A DNA stretch of 62,465 nt from Candidatus Promineifilaceae bacterium (GTDB lineage: Bacteria; Chloroflexota; Anaerolineae; Promineifilales; Promineifilaceae). Made by a program: the position numbers and the translations under genes. The notes under the pieces were generated by a model. The model was given only the letters and a program-made list of their open reading frames with translations. It did not search any database and was not told the origin of the DNA. This document shows, piece by piece, positions 43,842 to 53,900 of this stretch; position 1 is the stretch's first letter, and each line of letters begins with the position of its first letter. The DNA lies in contig JBGTIZ010000183.1 of NCBI GenBank assembly GCA_041745395.1, positions 1 to 62,465 of the forward strand. Direction: 5' to 3'.

Positions 43842-43928
43842 ACTCAGCTTATTGCCCGATTCGTTTTTTAGTTTACAACAGGCACACTCATCGCTCAGCA
43901 CTCAGCACTAAAAAAAGGATTCCTTCCC

Positions 43929-44951
43929 ATGAAATTCGACACCGGACTGCTCACCCCCGTCCTGACCGACATGCCCACCTACACCCGCGCCGCCGAAGCA
44001 ATCGGCTTCGATGGCCTGTGGACATCTGAAACCAATGCCGACCCCTTTCTGCCCCTCGCCGTGGCCGCCGAGCACAGCCAAAAAATAGAGCTAGGCACGG
44101 CCATCGCCGTCGCTTTTCCCCGTAGCCCCACAACCCTCGCCTATCTGGCGTGGGATTTGGCACGGGCGAGCAACGGCCGTTTTATCCTCGGCTTGGGTAC
44201 ACAGGTACGCGCCCACAACGAACGTCGCTTTGGGGTCAAATGGGAAAAACCTGTGCGCAAACTGCGCGAAATGATTGAAGCGATGCACGCCATTTGGGAC
44301 TGTTGGGAAAACGGCACGCCGCTCAACTACGAAGGGGAATTTTTCCAGCTTAACCTGATGACTCCCTTTTTCAGCACTGGCCCTCTTGGTTTTGCGCGAC
44401 CGCCGATTTATATCTCGGCCGTGAATGAACTCATGCTCCAGCTAGCCGGGCGGCGGTGCGATGGGGTGCATCTGCACGCTTTTCACACCGCCAAATATAT
44501 GCGCGAATTTGCTTTGCTCAATTTGCATAAAGGATTGGCGCGAGAGGGACGCGACCCGAGCGCATTGACCGTGAACAGCGGCGTGTTTGTTGTGCCCACG
44601 GACGATGTCAAACCAGCCAGTGCGCATGAGCAATATGCCAAACAGCAAATTTCGTTCTACATGAGCACGCCCGCCTATCGCGTCGTCACGGAACTGCATG
44701 GTTGGGAGGCGACCGCTTTTGAGCTGAGCAAATTGGCGCGGCGCGGGGACTGGGCGGCGATGCCCGGCTTGATTACCGACGAAATTTTGGATGAAATGGC
44801 TCTGAGTGGCACGTGGGCGGAATTGCCACACAAAATACACGACCGTTATGGTGATATGCTCGGCCGTGTGAGCTACTATTTGCCCTTCGTGCCGGGGGAA
44901 AGTGATGAGGGCTGGCGGGCTTCTATCGAAGCGTTTCAGCAGTTCAGCTAA
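43929..44951 (+). CDS. LLM-class (luciferase-like) F420-dependent oxidoreductase
   Basis: AEAIGFDGLWTSETNADPFLPLAVAAEHSQKIELGTAIAVAFPRSPTTLAYLAWDLARASNGRFILGLGTQVRAHNERRFG fits the TIM-barrel LLM family. Confidence 0.8.
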   Translation: MKFDTGLLTPVLTDMPTYTRAAEAIGFDGLWTSETNADPFLPLAVAAEHSQKIELGTAIAVAFPRSPTTLAYLAWDLARASNGRFILGLGTQVRAHNERRFGVKWEKPVRKLREMIEAMHAIWDCWENGTPLNYEGEFFQLNLMTPFFSTGPLGFARPPIYISAVNELMLQLAGRRCDGVHLHAFHTAKYMREFALLNLHKGLAREGRDPSALTVNSGVFVVPTDDVKPASAHEQYAKQQISFYMSTPAYRVVTELHGWEATAFELSKLARRGDWAAMPGLITDEILDEMALSGTWAELPHKIHDRYGDMLGRVSYYLPFVPGESDEGWRASIEAFQQFS

Positions 44952-45084
44952 GGACTTGGCAATTTTAGATGTTCAACTTCTTTAGAGAAGTTGAACATCT
45001 TGGTCGCTTCCCAAGATGCGTGTTTGGGCAACTAGCGTTACACTTGGTCGGCTCGTGGTGATTGCGAGCTGTTCTGTATCAATC

Positions 45085-45208
45085 TGTATTAGTCACGAAT
45101 TAAATTATTAAACCACAGAGAACTCAGAGAAATTTTCGAGAAAAACTCCGCGTTCTCCGCGCCCTCCGCGGTGAATCCTTTGTTCAAGCAATTTGTGACT
45201 AATATACA
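45085..45208. mobile_element. MITE-like element with ~17-bp terminal inverted repeats
   Basis: Left end TGTATTAGTCACGAATT (45085-45101); right end AATTTGTGACTAATATACA (45190-45208). The internal TCGAGAAAAACTCCGCGTTCT block is shared with 28017-28040. Confidence 0.4.
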
Positions 45209-45418
45209 TTCTTGGTTCTTCAGGAATTCAGGGGGTTGACATCAAATGATGCGCAAAACGCCATGTGCGTCCAGAGAGACCCGCGCATCACGTATTCCAT
45301 TTCAGACCAAACCCCATGAGATCCCAAAGAGCCACATTCTTTATCAATCCATACATCTTGCCTAACATGCTAACAAGATGACTTGTTAATCAATAATCAA
45401 AAGTGAGGAAACATCGTT

Positions 45419-46387
45419 ATGAAGACCATTCGTGTCGAACGGTCATTTTTTGCGGCTGAGGCCGTGGCTGAACTGGTAGCTAGCGAATACGATATTGAAG
45501 GTAATCCAGAGTGCAAACTCTTTACCAAAATGTTGCGCACGCAAGACAATGACCATTATCGAGTCAAAGTTGACGGGGAAAAACAGTACGTCTTACGTAT
45601 TTACCAAATCGGTCGTTATCTGCAGCGAGAGCGCAGTGATTATGAATTTGAGATGGAGTGGCTAACCTATTTGACTGATAACAGTTATCGTGTGGCCCAG
45701 CCTATTCGGCGGCGCAACGGGGAGTTTTTGGGTGAGCTAGATGCGCCTGAAGGGTTGCGCTACTATGCCCTGTTTAATTATGTAGAAGGGGAGGAGATGT
45801 CCCCCACCAATGAGGATTTGTTCTACGAATTAGGCAAAGATATGGCGCGGATGCACAAAGCGTCGGCTGGTTTCCAGACTGACCAAGAGCGGCAGGTGTG
45901 GGATTTGGCCTATTTAGTAGATGGCCCGCTCGACCGCCTAAAGCGTAATTGGAGCACCAAGCGGTGGGGGGATTATGATATTGTGCTGGCTTCGGCGGAT
46001 GATGCGCGGGCGGAGATTATGCGTTTGCTGGGGGGCAAGCAGTCGCCAGACCGGTGGGGAGTGATTGGCGGAGATTTCCATACGGTCAACACATTTGCCA
46101 ATGAAGAAGGGAAACTGAGCTTTATTAACTTTGATTTGTGTGGTTACGGCTGGTTTGCGTATGACATTGCCATCTTTTTGCTGAATTCAGATTTGTTGAA
46201 TCAGTCGGTGGAGCTGTCTGAGGCGTTTTTCGCGGGCTATTTCTCGGAACGGCCGCTCTCTAATGAAGAGCATGAAGCTATTTCGTCGTTTATGACCTTG
46301 CGACGCCTGTGGCTGATGGGTCATTTTGCGATGGGTGGCGGGTTTGCGGGGCATACGTTTATTGCTTCAGCAAATCGTGATGATTAG
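45419..46387 (+). CDS. Aminoglycoside-phosphotransferase-fold (APH/choline-kinase-like) kinase
   Basis: VIGGDFHTVNTF (catalytic loop) and INFDLCGYGWFAYDIAIFL (DxxxxG plus helix). 322 aa. Confidence 0.75.
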   Translation: MKTIRVERSFFAAEAVAELVASEYDIEGNPECKLFTKMLRTQDNDHYRVKVDGEKQYVLRIYQIGRYLQRERSDYEFEMEWLTYLTDNSYRVAQPIRRRNGEFLGELDAPEGLRYYALFNYVEGEEMSPTNEDLFYELGKDMARMHKASAGFQTDQERQVWDLAYLVDGPLDRLKRNWSTKRWGDYDIVLASADDARAEIMRLLGGKQSPDRWGVIGGDFHTVNTFANEEGKLSFINFDLCGYGWFAYDIAIFLLNSDLLNQSVELSEAFFAGYFSERPLSNEEHEAISSFMTLRRLWLMGHFAMGGGFAGHTFIASANRDD

Positions 46388-46392
46388 GCGAT

Positions 46393-46457
46393 AAGAAGTG
46401 AGAAGTTAAAAGTAAAAAGTAAAAAGTGAGAAGTGGATGACCTACTTCTCACTTTTT
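46393..46457. repeat. Six tandem heptamers plus a complementary arm (RARAAGT-family hairpin) between convergent genes
   Basis: AAGAAGT GAGAAGT TAAAAGT AAAAAGT AAAAAGT GAGAAGT (46393-46434). AAAAAGTGAGAAGT pairs with ACTTCTCACTTTTT (46444-46457). Confidence 0.7.
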
Positions 46458-46476
46458 GCTTTCTGTTTTGCTCGGC

Positions 46477-47334
46477 CTAATTTTGAATCACACGGCCGTG
46501 TGCCCGTCCTCCAAACATCATCCCCTGTTCAGCTAGGGTGGGGTAGACCATCGTCACCCCCATCTTGCCCATTCGCTGAATCCGCTCCAACTCAATTAAA
46601 CGCTCCACATCCGCATCCGAAAACTGACTAATGACCTTGTGCAAACGCTCCAGCGCTTGTGCCTCTTGCTCCGCCTGAATCGTGCGTTCGTGCGCCGCTT
46701 CCAGCGTGGCGCGGACGTGGGCGGGCAGATGGATCGCGTCGAGCATGAAGTTGTTTAGTTCGTAGCCAAGCGGCTCTAAGCGTGTGCGTGCCATTTGGCG
46801 CACCTGCCGTTCGAGGCGACGGTGGGTGCCCGGCTCGCTCAGTTGCTCTATCGTATAGTCACCAATGACGTGGTGCAAAATGTTGTTGATTTGCTGGCGG
46901 GCGATAGCGTCTGCTTTATGGGGCAGGGCGCGGGCTAGCTTGGGACGCTTGGCGGTGGCGATTTTCTCGGGGCGCAGGGTGTAGGCCACTGTCCATTCTG
47001 CATTAACGGTGAGGCCGCCAATCGCTTGCACGCTTTTGGCGTGGCCGCTGGCACTTTGCCCGGCCGTGTTGATGTAGGTGGTGATGGTTTCGCGGTAGGG
47101 GTTGAACCAATGGGTGCCAGGTTCGAGGAAGCGGTCGAATTGGTTGCCTTTTTTGCGGAAAACGACGCCGACGCTCAGTTCGGGGATGGTGATTTTGCCG
47201 CGTGTTTCGATGAAGTAGCCAGTGCTGACCAGACCGACGAGCATGACCACGGCCGTGAAGCCGACCCAACCCCAAAATCCACCAGCGGCTAAAGCGACAG
47301 CTAGGGTGCTAAGACCAATTAGTTTTGTGAACAT
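46477..47334 (-). CDS. SPFH/band-7 (prohibitin/HflC-like) membrane protein
   Basis: An N-terminal TM anchor is followed by LSVGVVFRKKGNQFDRFLEPGTHWFNPYRE and a C-terminal coiled coil. SD GGAGAAAC upstream. Confidence 0.8.
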   Translation of the reverse strand: MFTKLIGLSTLAVALAAGGFWGWVGFTAVVMLVGLVSTGYFIETRGKITIPELSVGVVFRKKGNQFDRFLEPGTHWFNPYRETITTYINTAGQSASGHAKSVQAIGGLTVNAEWTVAYTLRPEKIATAKRPKLARALPHKADAIARQQINNILHHVIGDYTIEQLSEPGTHRRLERQVRQMARTRLEPLGYELNNFMLDAIHLPAHVRATLEAAHERTIQAEQEAQALERLHKVISQFSDADVERLIELERIQRMGKMGVTMVYPTLAEQGMMFGGRAHGRVIQN

Positions 47335-47520
47335 GATGTTTCTCCTCGGCCGTGAGCCTATGACTTAGTGTATTGTTAACACAATATGTTTATATAATAG
47401 TGTTGTCTGTACACTTTGTCAAGCCCCAATTTACGACAGCCATCCAATAAACGAGAGCAATCTGCTATAATGCGGTTGGCTCATCGTGCTCACGCTTAAA
47501 TCATTTACATGAGGTCAGAT

Positions 47521-47754
47521 ATGTCACTCATCACTTATGAGGGCACAGTTGAACAAGGACAAGTCAAGCTACTTGAGGATATTCGCTTGCCAGAAAAGGC
47601 AACTGTATACATCATCATTCTGGATCCAAGCACAGAACAGGGTTTTGCACAGAGAACAAAGCCTGATTTGGACGAGATGGTTGCCCACATGCCGGCTGAT
47701 TATCAAGTTCAAGAAGAAAATTTTGGCTCACCTGTGGGAAATGAAGCATGGTAG
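47521..47754 (+). CDS. Orphan antitoxin: DUF104/AF2212-like N-terminus with a MazE/PemI-like C-terminal toxin-binding tail
   Basis: ITYEGTVEQGQVKLLEDIRLPEKATVYIII is the DUF104-type beta domain. The end ...EENFGSPVGNEAW resembles the MazE/PemI tail (..DWG.P.GKEVW). Start at ATG 47521, preceded by GAGG. Confidence 0.55.
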   Translation: MSLITYEGTVEQGQVKLLEDIRLPEKATVYIIILDPSTEQGFAQRTKPDLDEMVAHMPADYQVQEENFGSPVGNEAW

Positions 47755-47780
47755 ATCCATTTGCTATTGTTGATGTCTAG
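47748..47780 (+). pseudogene. 10-codon stub where the MazF/PemK-type toxin gene would start
   Basis: An ATG overlaps the antitoxin stop (ATGGTAG), which is typical TA coupling. It reads MVDPFAIVDV-stop. Confidence 0.25.
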
Positions 47781-47852
47781 TAGATGCTCTTTTCATAGGT
47801 TGACGATACGGCTGACAGTTATTTGACTCACTTACCCAAAGGAGGATAGGCA

Positions 47853-48632
47853 ATGTTGAAAAATGGCTCATTTGAAGAACCTTGGACTGATTTACCCCCG
47901 CAACCCGGTTATCTTATCAACCAACAGCCCGCTGGCTGGACGCTGAGCTGGGTGGAACCCGGCCAAATGCTGTATGACAGCCAAGATAAAGCGGACGGCG
48001 TGCCTGAATGTGTGCATAAACTGTCTACCCAACTGCCGCCCAGCGAGCAACTGGGCGCGAAAGACGCGCTCATTTTGGATGGGTCGGTGACGTATAAAAT
48101 TTTTCATTTTGCCGCGCCCTTTGGGGCCGAATTGCGTCAAACGGTGCGTGGTTTGCAACCCGGGACGGAAGGATTGCTCAAGGTGCCGATTTTGGCTGTT
48201 TTATATGGGGAGCAGGATGATTATGGCATTGAAACGGGGGCGTGGGTGGATACGGTGGGCAGTGATAAAACGGATGATTGGGCGGGGCAATGGCTAACGG
48301 GGCGCAAAATGGGGGATCATCGTTGGCATACGCATGAAGTGCCGTTTATCGTGCCGGCTAGCGGGTCGGTGACGGTGATTGTGCGCGTGAAAGGGAAATG
48401 GCCGCGTGCCAAAGATTTCTTCTTTGACAATATCACGCTGGAAGCTGTGCCAGCCGTTGATTCTGGGGCTGGTAGTGGGGAAACAGGGGGGACAACCACG
48501 GCCGTGGCCACGCTCCATTTGCCCATCGGCTATGAAGTCCGCACCGAACTTGCGGGCGGTACAGAGCAGACCATTGTCGTGCAACTGCCGCCGGGCGTGA
48601 CTTTGAACGTGGTTAATTCGGATGCGGGGTAG
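47853..48632 (+). CDS. Hypothetical protein with a CBM4_9-like / galactose-binding-like jelly-roll, no signal peptide
   Basis: Strong SD AAAGGAGG. It starts MLKNGSFEEPW, and DNITLEAV comes at the end of the domain, both typical of CBM_4_9-type modules. The tail is Gly/Thr-rich. Confidence 0.6.
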   Translation: MLKNGSFEEPWTDLPPQPGYLINQQPAGWTLSWVEPGQMLYDSQDKADGVPECVHKLSTQLPPSEQLGAKDALILDGSVTYKIFHFAAPFGAELRQTVRGLQPGTEGLLKVPILAVLYGEQDDYGIETGAWVDTVGSDKTDDWAGQWLTGRKMGDHRWHTHEVPFIVPASGSVTVIVRVKGKWPRAKDFFFDNITLEAVPAVDSGAGSGETGGTTTAVATLHLPIGYEVRTELAGGTEQTIVVQLPPGVTLNVVNSDAG

Positions 48633-48674
48633 GGGGGATTAAGAGGGTAAGAGAGGAAGGGAGAAAGAGAGTAT

Positions 48675-49610
48675 CTATTTCCAGAGGCGGTCGAGCGCGG
48701 GTTCGACCGTCTTTTTTTGTGCCTGGTGTCGCTGGCGTTCGTTGAGTAGGGCGATGCCAATGGCGATGAGCAACATGCCCCCCAGCATCCCCAGGGTGAT
48801 GATTTCCCCCAGAAAAAGTGCCCCGCCGAGGCTGGCGACGACCGGAATGACATAAGAGGTCATGGCGGAGGCGGTCGCGCCAAAATGCTTGATGTTGTAG
48901 AAGTTGAGGAGCAGGCCGCTAAAGGTGCCAATCAGGGCGGCATAAATCAGGCCAGCGATGCCCCATTCATCCACGGCCGTGGTGTCAAACCCTACCACCA
49001 CCAGCGATAGGGGCAACACAGTCAGGGCGGCCGACACCATGCGAATGCTGGCCGCATCAAACGAATCCATCTCACTCATATATTTGCGGGCAAAAACGGT
49101 CGCCCCCCCGCCAAATAGCATGGCGGTCAGGAGCAAAGCGTAGCCAATGGGATTAGCCGTTTCTTCCGTCGATAAGCCGTTTTCGCCCATGAGAGCCAGC
49201 AGGGTTGCCCCACTCAACGCCAACCCGATGCCCAGCACTTTGCGCCGATTGAGCTTTTCGTCACTGAGAAAAAAATGCGCCAGCAGAACGGTAAAGGCGG
49301 GGTTGGTGGTGATGACAATGGAGGCGACGCCGCTGGATAAATATTGCAGACCGGTGACGATGCAGGTCATGGGCACGGCCGTGCCCAACACCCCTAACAC
49401 AATGGCATGGCGCCACACACGGCCGTGGCGCGACCATTGTCGACTGCGAAGCAGAGCATACACCAGCCCATGCGCCAGCGCGGCGATGAACAGCCGCAGG
49501 CCAATATAGGTCGAAGGCTCCCACTGCCCCACGCTAAAGCGGGAAACTACCAGAGTGGAGCCATAAAAAAAGCCGAGCAGGATAATGAAAGGTAACGCTT
49601 GCCAAGTCAT
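48675..49610 (-). CDS. DMT-superfamily (EamA) transporter
   Basis: 311 aa with 10 TM helices in two EamA halves. Confidence 0.8.
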   Translation of the reverse strand: MTWQALPFIILLGFFYGSTLVVSRFSVGQWEPSTYIGLRLFIAALAHGLVYALLRSRQWSRHGRVWRHAIVLGVLGTAVPMTCIVTGLQYLSSGVASIVITTNPAFTVLLAHFFLSDEKLNRRKVLGIGLALSGATLLALMGENGLSTEETANPIGYALLLTAMLFGGGATVFARKYMSEMDSFDAASIRMVSAALTVLPLSLVVVGFDTTAVDEWGIAGLIYAALIGTFSGLLLNFYNIKHFGATASAMTSYVIPVVASLGGALFLGEIITLGMLGGMLLIAIGIALLNERQRHQAQKKTVEPALDRLWK

Positions 49611-49805
49611 GTCGGGGCTTGTCCTATGTCGGAAAAAATAGAGATAAGCCCTATTTTGATAGACATTTGTCTAACTGCCCATCTTCGTGTCTAGCTCTAA
49701 TGAAAATCAGATGCAGGGGACACGGCCGTGGGATTCCCTACACTGGCTATACCACCGTTACGTATCTATAACCTCCCTAAACTGTCACCAAAATGCGCTT
49801 TTTGG

Positions 49806-49833
49806 TTGACGATTTTGCGAACGATGGTATATT
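49806..49833 (+). promoter_or_regulatory. Near-consensus sigma-70-like promoter in the ORF-free AT-rich region
   Basis: TTGACG (49806-49811), 16-nt spacer, TATATT (49828-49833). The next plus-strand gene starts 1.1 kb downstream. Confidence 0.3.
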
Positions 49834-50953
49834 GCATACGTTAGAAGCTAGCCCAATTAAGAATTTTTGCTAACCGCACCACTACCCCGCATAGACGCAA
49901 AATTCACGCTATCAACCCTAGTTATTCAATACACCATTGCCCAATTTCCCCCGATAAAACACATGACTATGGGTACTACCCTCTCTGCAAAATCTTGAGA
50001 ATAGTACCAAATAGAGATCAGGAGATAAAAACATTGGGTTTGCCCCAAACAACCTTCCACCACCATCAAATCCTGTATGATTTAGCCATCTATCGTCCTG
50101 CATCCCTCCCCCATAAAGGGCGATAATGTTTCTGTAATGTCATGGGCGAGTCAGCCTAACCACCCGTCCCGCTATACCTGCTTTCTTAATTTGTAACGGC
50201 ATTTGCAAGCTAAGAAGCAAACCAGATAAATGATGCAAGAAGTCAGCGTTAAGTGTAAAAATCGTCGGTGTTGCCTTCAGACTCAGTCACACAGAATATT
50301 TTTTCACTTTTCACCCAAGTCGCTAAATTATTTGGCTCTTTTGGGAATTCACGGGATCAATTAGCAACTGTTGTGGCTAAACAAGCCACATCCAGAGAAA
50401 AGCCACATGACACATGAAACATGACACCGTTCAAAACCCCACAAAATCCCAAAGACTATTTTTAATTTGCTATACGCTTGTTTCCCACCCACACCAACCG
50501 TTGACACACAGCATGTTTACCCAAACTCACCCTTATCTACAGAGCACAAAAAGAGTACAGAGTCAAAACTCTGCATTCTTTTTGTTCCCTGTGGTGGTTC
50601 AGTTTAAGGCCTAGACCGACTGACTCATTACTTATAAAAAGGGGGGCTAGCCCAGTCACCCGTAATGAAAAAGAGACGACGTCTATTTACTGGTTGTCAT
50701 TGAAGCAAGGAGGTTAGCTTATTGTTCCCATTTTCATTACTATAACCCCCCATTACCTCGTAAAAAGTGTTCCCGCTCTCTTGTCTACCGCGCCAAAACC
50801 TATTTGGCCTAACATAAGTAAGGTAGCACTTGTTACACATTCATTATGATGCGATATGTGACTTTGTCATATTGTAACGACACAGACGCTACGCGCTAAA
50901 GCCTAGCTTTCCTCTGTGTTGTTACCCAACCTTTTTAAGAAGGAGATTGACCA

Positions 50954-53900
50954 ATGAGAAAACCAAATAGGGCTAAATCAGCTTCCTATTTCTCTGTATT
51001 TATGGCTATGCTAGCCGTCTTTGGCCTTGTAGTGGCCGTCAGCACCTCTGTCAGCTTTGCCCAACAGGCCGATGCTGAAAAACTAGTGTCAACTGATGCC
51101 AACAATGAAGCGGCCATTTACCTTGTTCGTTTACAAGACCCTCCCCTTGCTTTATATCGTGGTGGTATCAACGGGATTGCCCCGACAAGCCCTGTTGTCA
51201 ACAATACCCGTGGTCTTGACCTAAACAGCCAAGCTGTTCAAGCTTACTCTGACCATTTGGCTACTCAACGAGCCAATTTTGTCACAGAAGCTCAAACGTT
51301 GCTTGGTCGTAACCTTGACGTTGTTTATGAGTACGCCGTAGCTAACAATGGGATGGCTGTTTGGCTTACGCCCACAGAAGCGGCTCAAGTAGCCAAAATC
51401 GAAGGAGTTATTTTCATCAAACAAGATGAAGAAAAGGAACTCCATACCGATAATGGCCCCGAGTGGATTGGCGCACCAGTCGTGTGGGATGGATCTAGCG
51501 TCCCCAGCGGCATGGGCACATTTGGCGAAGGCACTGTGGTCGGTATCATTGATACAGGCATCAACTACAGTAACCCATCCTTTGCCGAAGTTGGCCCTAT
51601 TGATGGGTATGTGCATACCAACCCCCTAGGCAGTGGCAACTTTATTGGTAACTGTGCCCCCAGTGGTGGATATGAGAGCTACTGTAATGACAAGCTGATT
51701 GGTGTACGCGGTTATGCTACCGTGAATGGCGGTGACCCCGTTGACTATAATGGGCATGGCTCCCATGTGGGAGGCACGGCCGCTGGTAACTTTGTTACGG
51801 CAACGGTTTCTGCCCCTACCACCACCATTACGCGCACCATCTCTGGTGTGGCTCCCCATGCCAACCTCATCGCCTACAGCGCATGTTGTACAGAGTCTGC
51901 TTTGACAGCCGCTATTGAAGACATCGTCCTTGACTATGCCACCTTGTTAGCCGCCGACTCCAGCGTGCGCATGAGTGTCAACTACTCCATTGGTAGTCCG
52001 GGCGCAACACCCGATATGTGGAATGATTTTGACACGGCTGGCTACCTTGCCGCACGTGATGCTGGTATTTTTGTGGCTACCTCGGCGGGTAACAATGGCC
52101 CCGGAGCCAGTACTGTCGGCTCACCTGCAGATGCGCCGTGGTTGACTTCCGTTGGTAACTCTACACATAACCGCGTTTGGTCTAACAACTTAATTGATAT
52201 GAGTGGTGGTGATACAGCCGCTCCTGCCAATATTAGTGGTAAAGGCCTTACCAGTGGTTATGGCTCTGCAGATATCGTTTATGCGGGTGATTTCCCCTCA
52301 GGTTCGACCTCAACACCGCAATTGTGCGGTGTGGGTACCATTGGTTCTTTCATCTCGCCGTGGCCTGCGGGAACATTCAACGGTGAAATCGTTGTCTGTG
52401 ACCGTGGCACTTACGGTCGGGTTGAAATGGGTGCCAACGTCTTGGCCGCTGGTGCTGGTGGTTATGTGTTAGCAAACCATGCCGCTGCTGGCAACGCTTT
52501 GGTTGGTGACGCCCATGAATTACCTGGTGTCCACATCACTTATGCTGACGGTGTGGTATTGAAAGCGTGGTTGGCTTCTGGTACGGGTCATATGGCTACC
52601 ATTACTGGCTCAACAATCAATGAAGACCCCAGTAATGGCGATATTATGTCCTCTAGCAGTTCCCGCGGTCCAAATCGCGCTCTGCCTGATATTATTTCGC
52701 CCAATGTAACTGCACCAGGAACTGATATTTTGGCACCCTATGGCGTCAATAATGCTATCGCCTGGGATATGATTAGTGGTACCTCGATGGCTAGTCCCCA
52801 TGTAGCTGGTGCCGCCGCGTTGCTCATGGCGACTTATCCTGACTGGACGCCAGCCCAAGTGCAATCGGCATTAATGCTAACAGCATGGCAAGACATGCTG
52901 AAAGAAGATGGTGCGACCCCAGCCGATCCCTTTGATATGGGCTCGGGGCGGATTGACTTGAATGTGGCCGCTCTGACAGGCTTGGTCATGGATGAAACAA
53001 CGGCCAACTACGAAAATGCTAATCCTGCCATCGGTGGCGACCCTAAAACACTCAACTTACCGAGTATGGGTAATGCCAGTTGTGTGGGGCAATGTAGTTG
53101 GACGCGCTCCTTCCAGAGTGTTTTGTCTACCCCCGCGACCTATACCATTACTTTTGATGTGCCCGTTTCTATGACCATGACGGCCAGCCCTGCTGTTTTC
53201 ACCATTAACCCCGGTGCGACGCAGGTGGTTGAGTTCACGGCCAATGTGTCTGACTTGCCGGTAAACGTACACGCCTTTGGTACGGTTGTGTTAGAGACAG
53301 ATGCCTCCCATAGCTTGCCTCTCCCACCGGGCGTTGATTTTGTGGAGCTAGGTGAAGCTTATGATCGTGCTGATGCATGGACCCAAAAAACCCATGACAT
53401 AAGTGCTTATGCCAATCAAGAGGTGTGTTTCGCCTTCCGCCACGAAGGAAGTGATAGTCATTCATGGCGTATAGATGACATTTTGGTTACGTCTGATTCG
53501 GGAACACACCTTGATGAGTCGTTTGATGATACAACTTTCCCGCCCACAGGTTGGGCATACTATCAGTTAGGAAACAACCCGCAACGGTCATGGGTTCGGA
53601 GTGTGACAACGCCCAATACGGCTCCTGCGGCCGCCTTCTACAATTGGAATAATGCCTCAAACCATGATGATGGCTGGTTGGTTACTCCACCACTCACTTT
53701 GGGTGATAACCCCGAATTGACCTACTTTGACCGTGTGGGCTTCCTGTCATTCTATACCTATAGTGGTGTGTGGATTTCTACAGGTAGTTGCGACCCATCG
53801 CCAATACCAGGAGTTGAGGCAGTCGATAACCACCTCCCAGTTATGGTTGTGCCAACTGCGGCTATCCTGCCTAGTGCAGTTTCTATTGAAACGATGTTCC

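Noticed and set aside
50414-50614. 66-aa ORF in the AT-rich region upstream of protease 1; also 49918..50103 (minus).
   Set aside because: No SD, odd composition (His/Thr/Gln-rich) and no family resemblance. I treated the region as non-coding.
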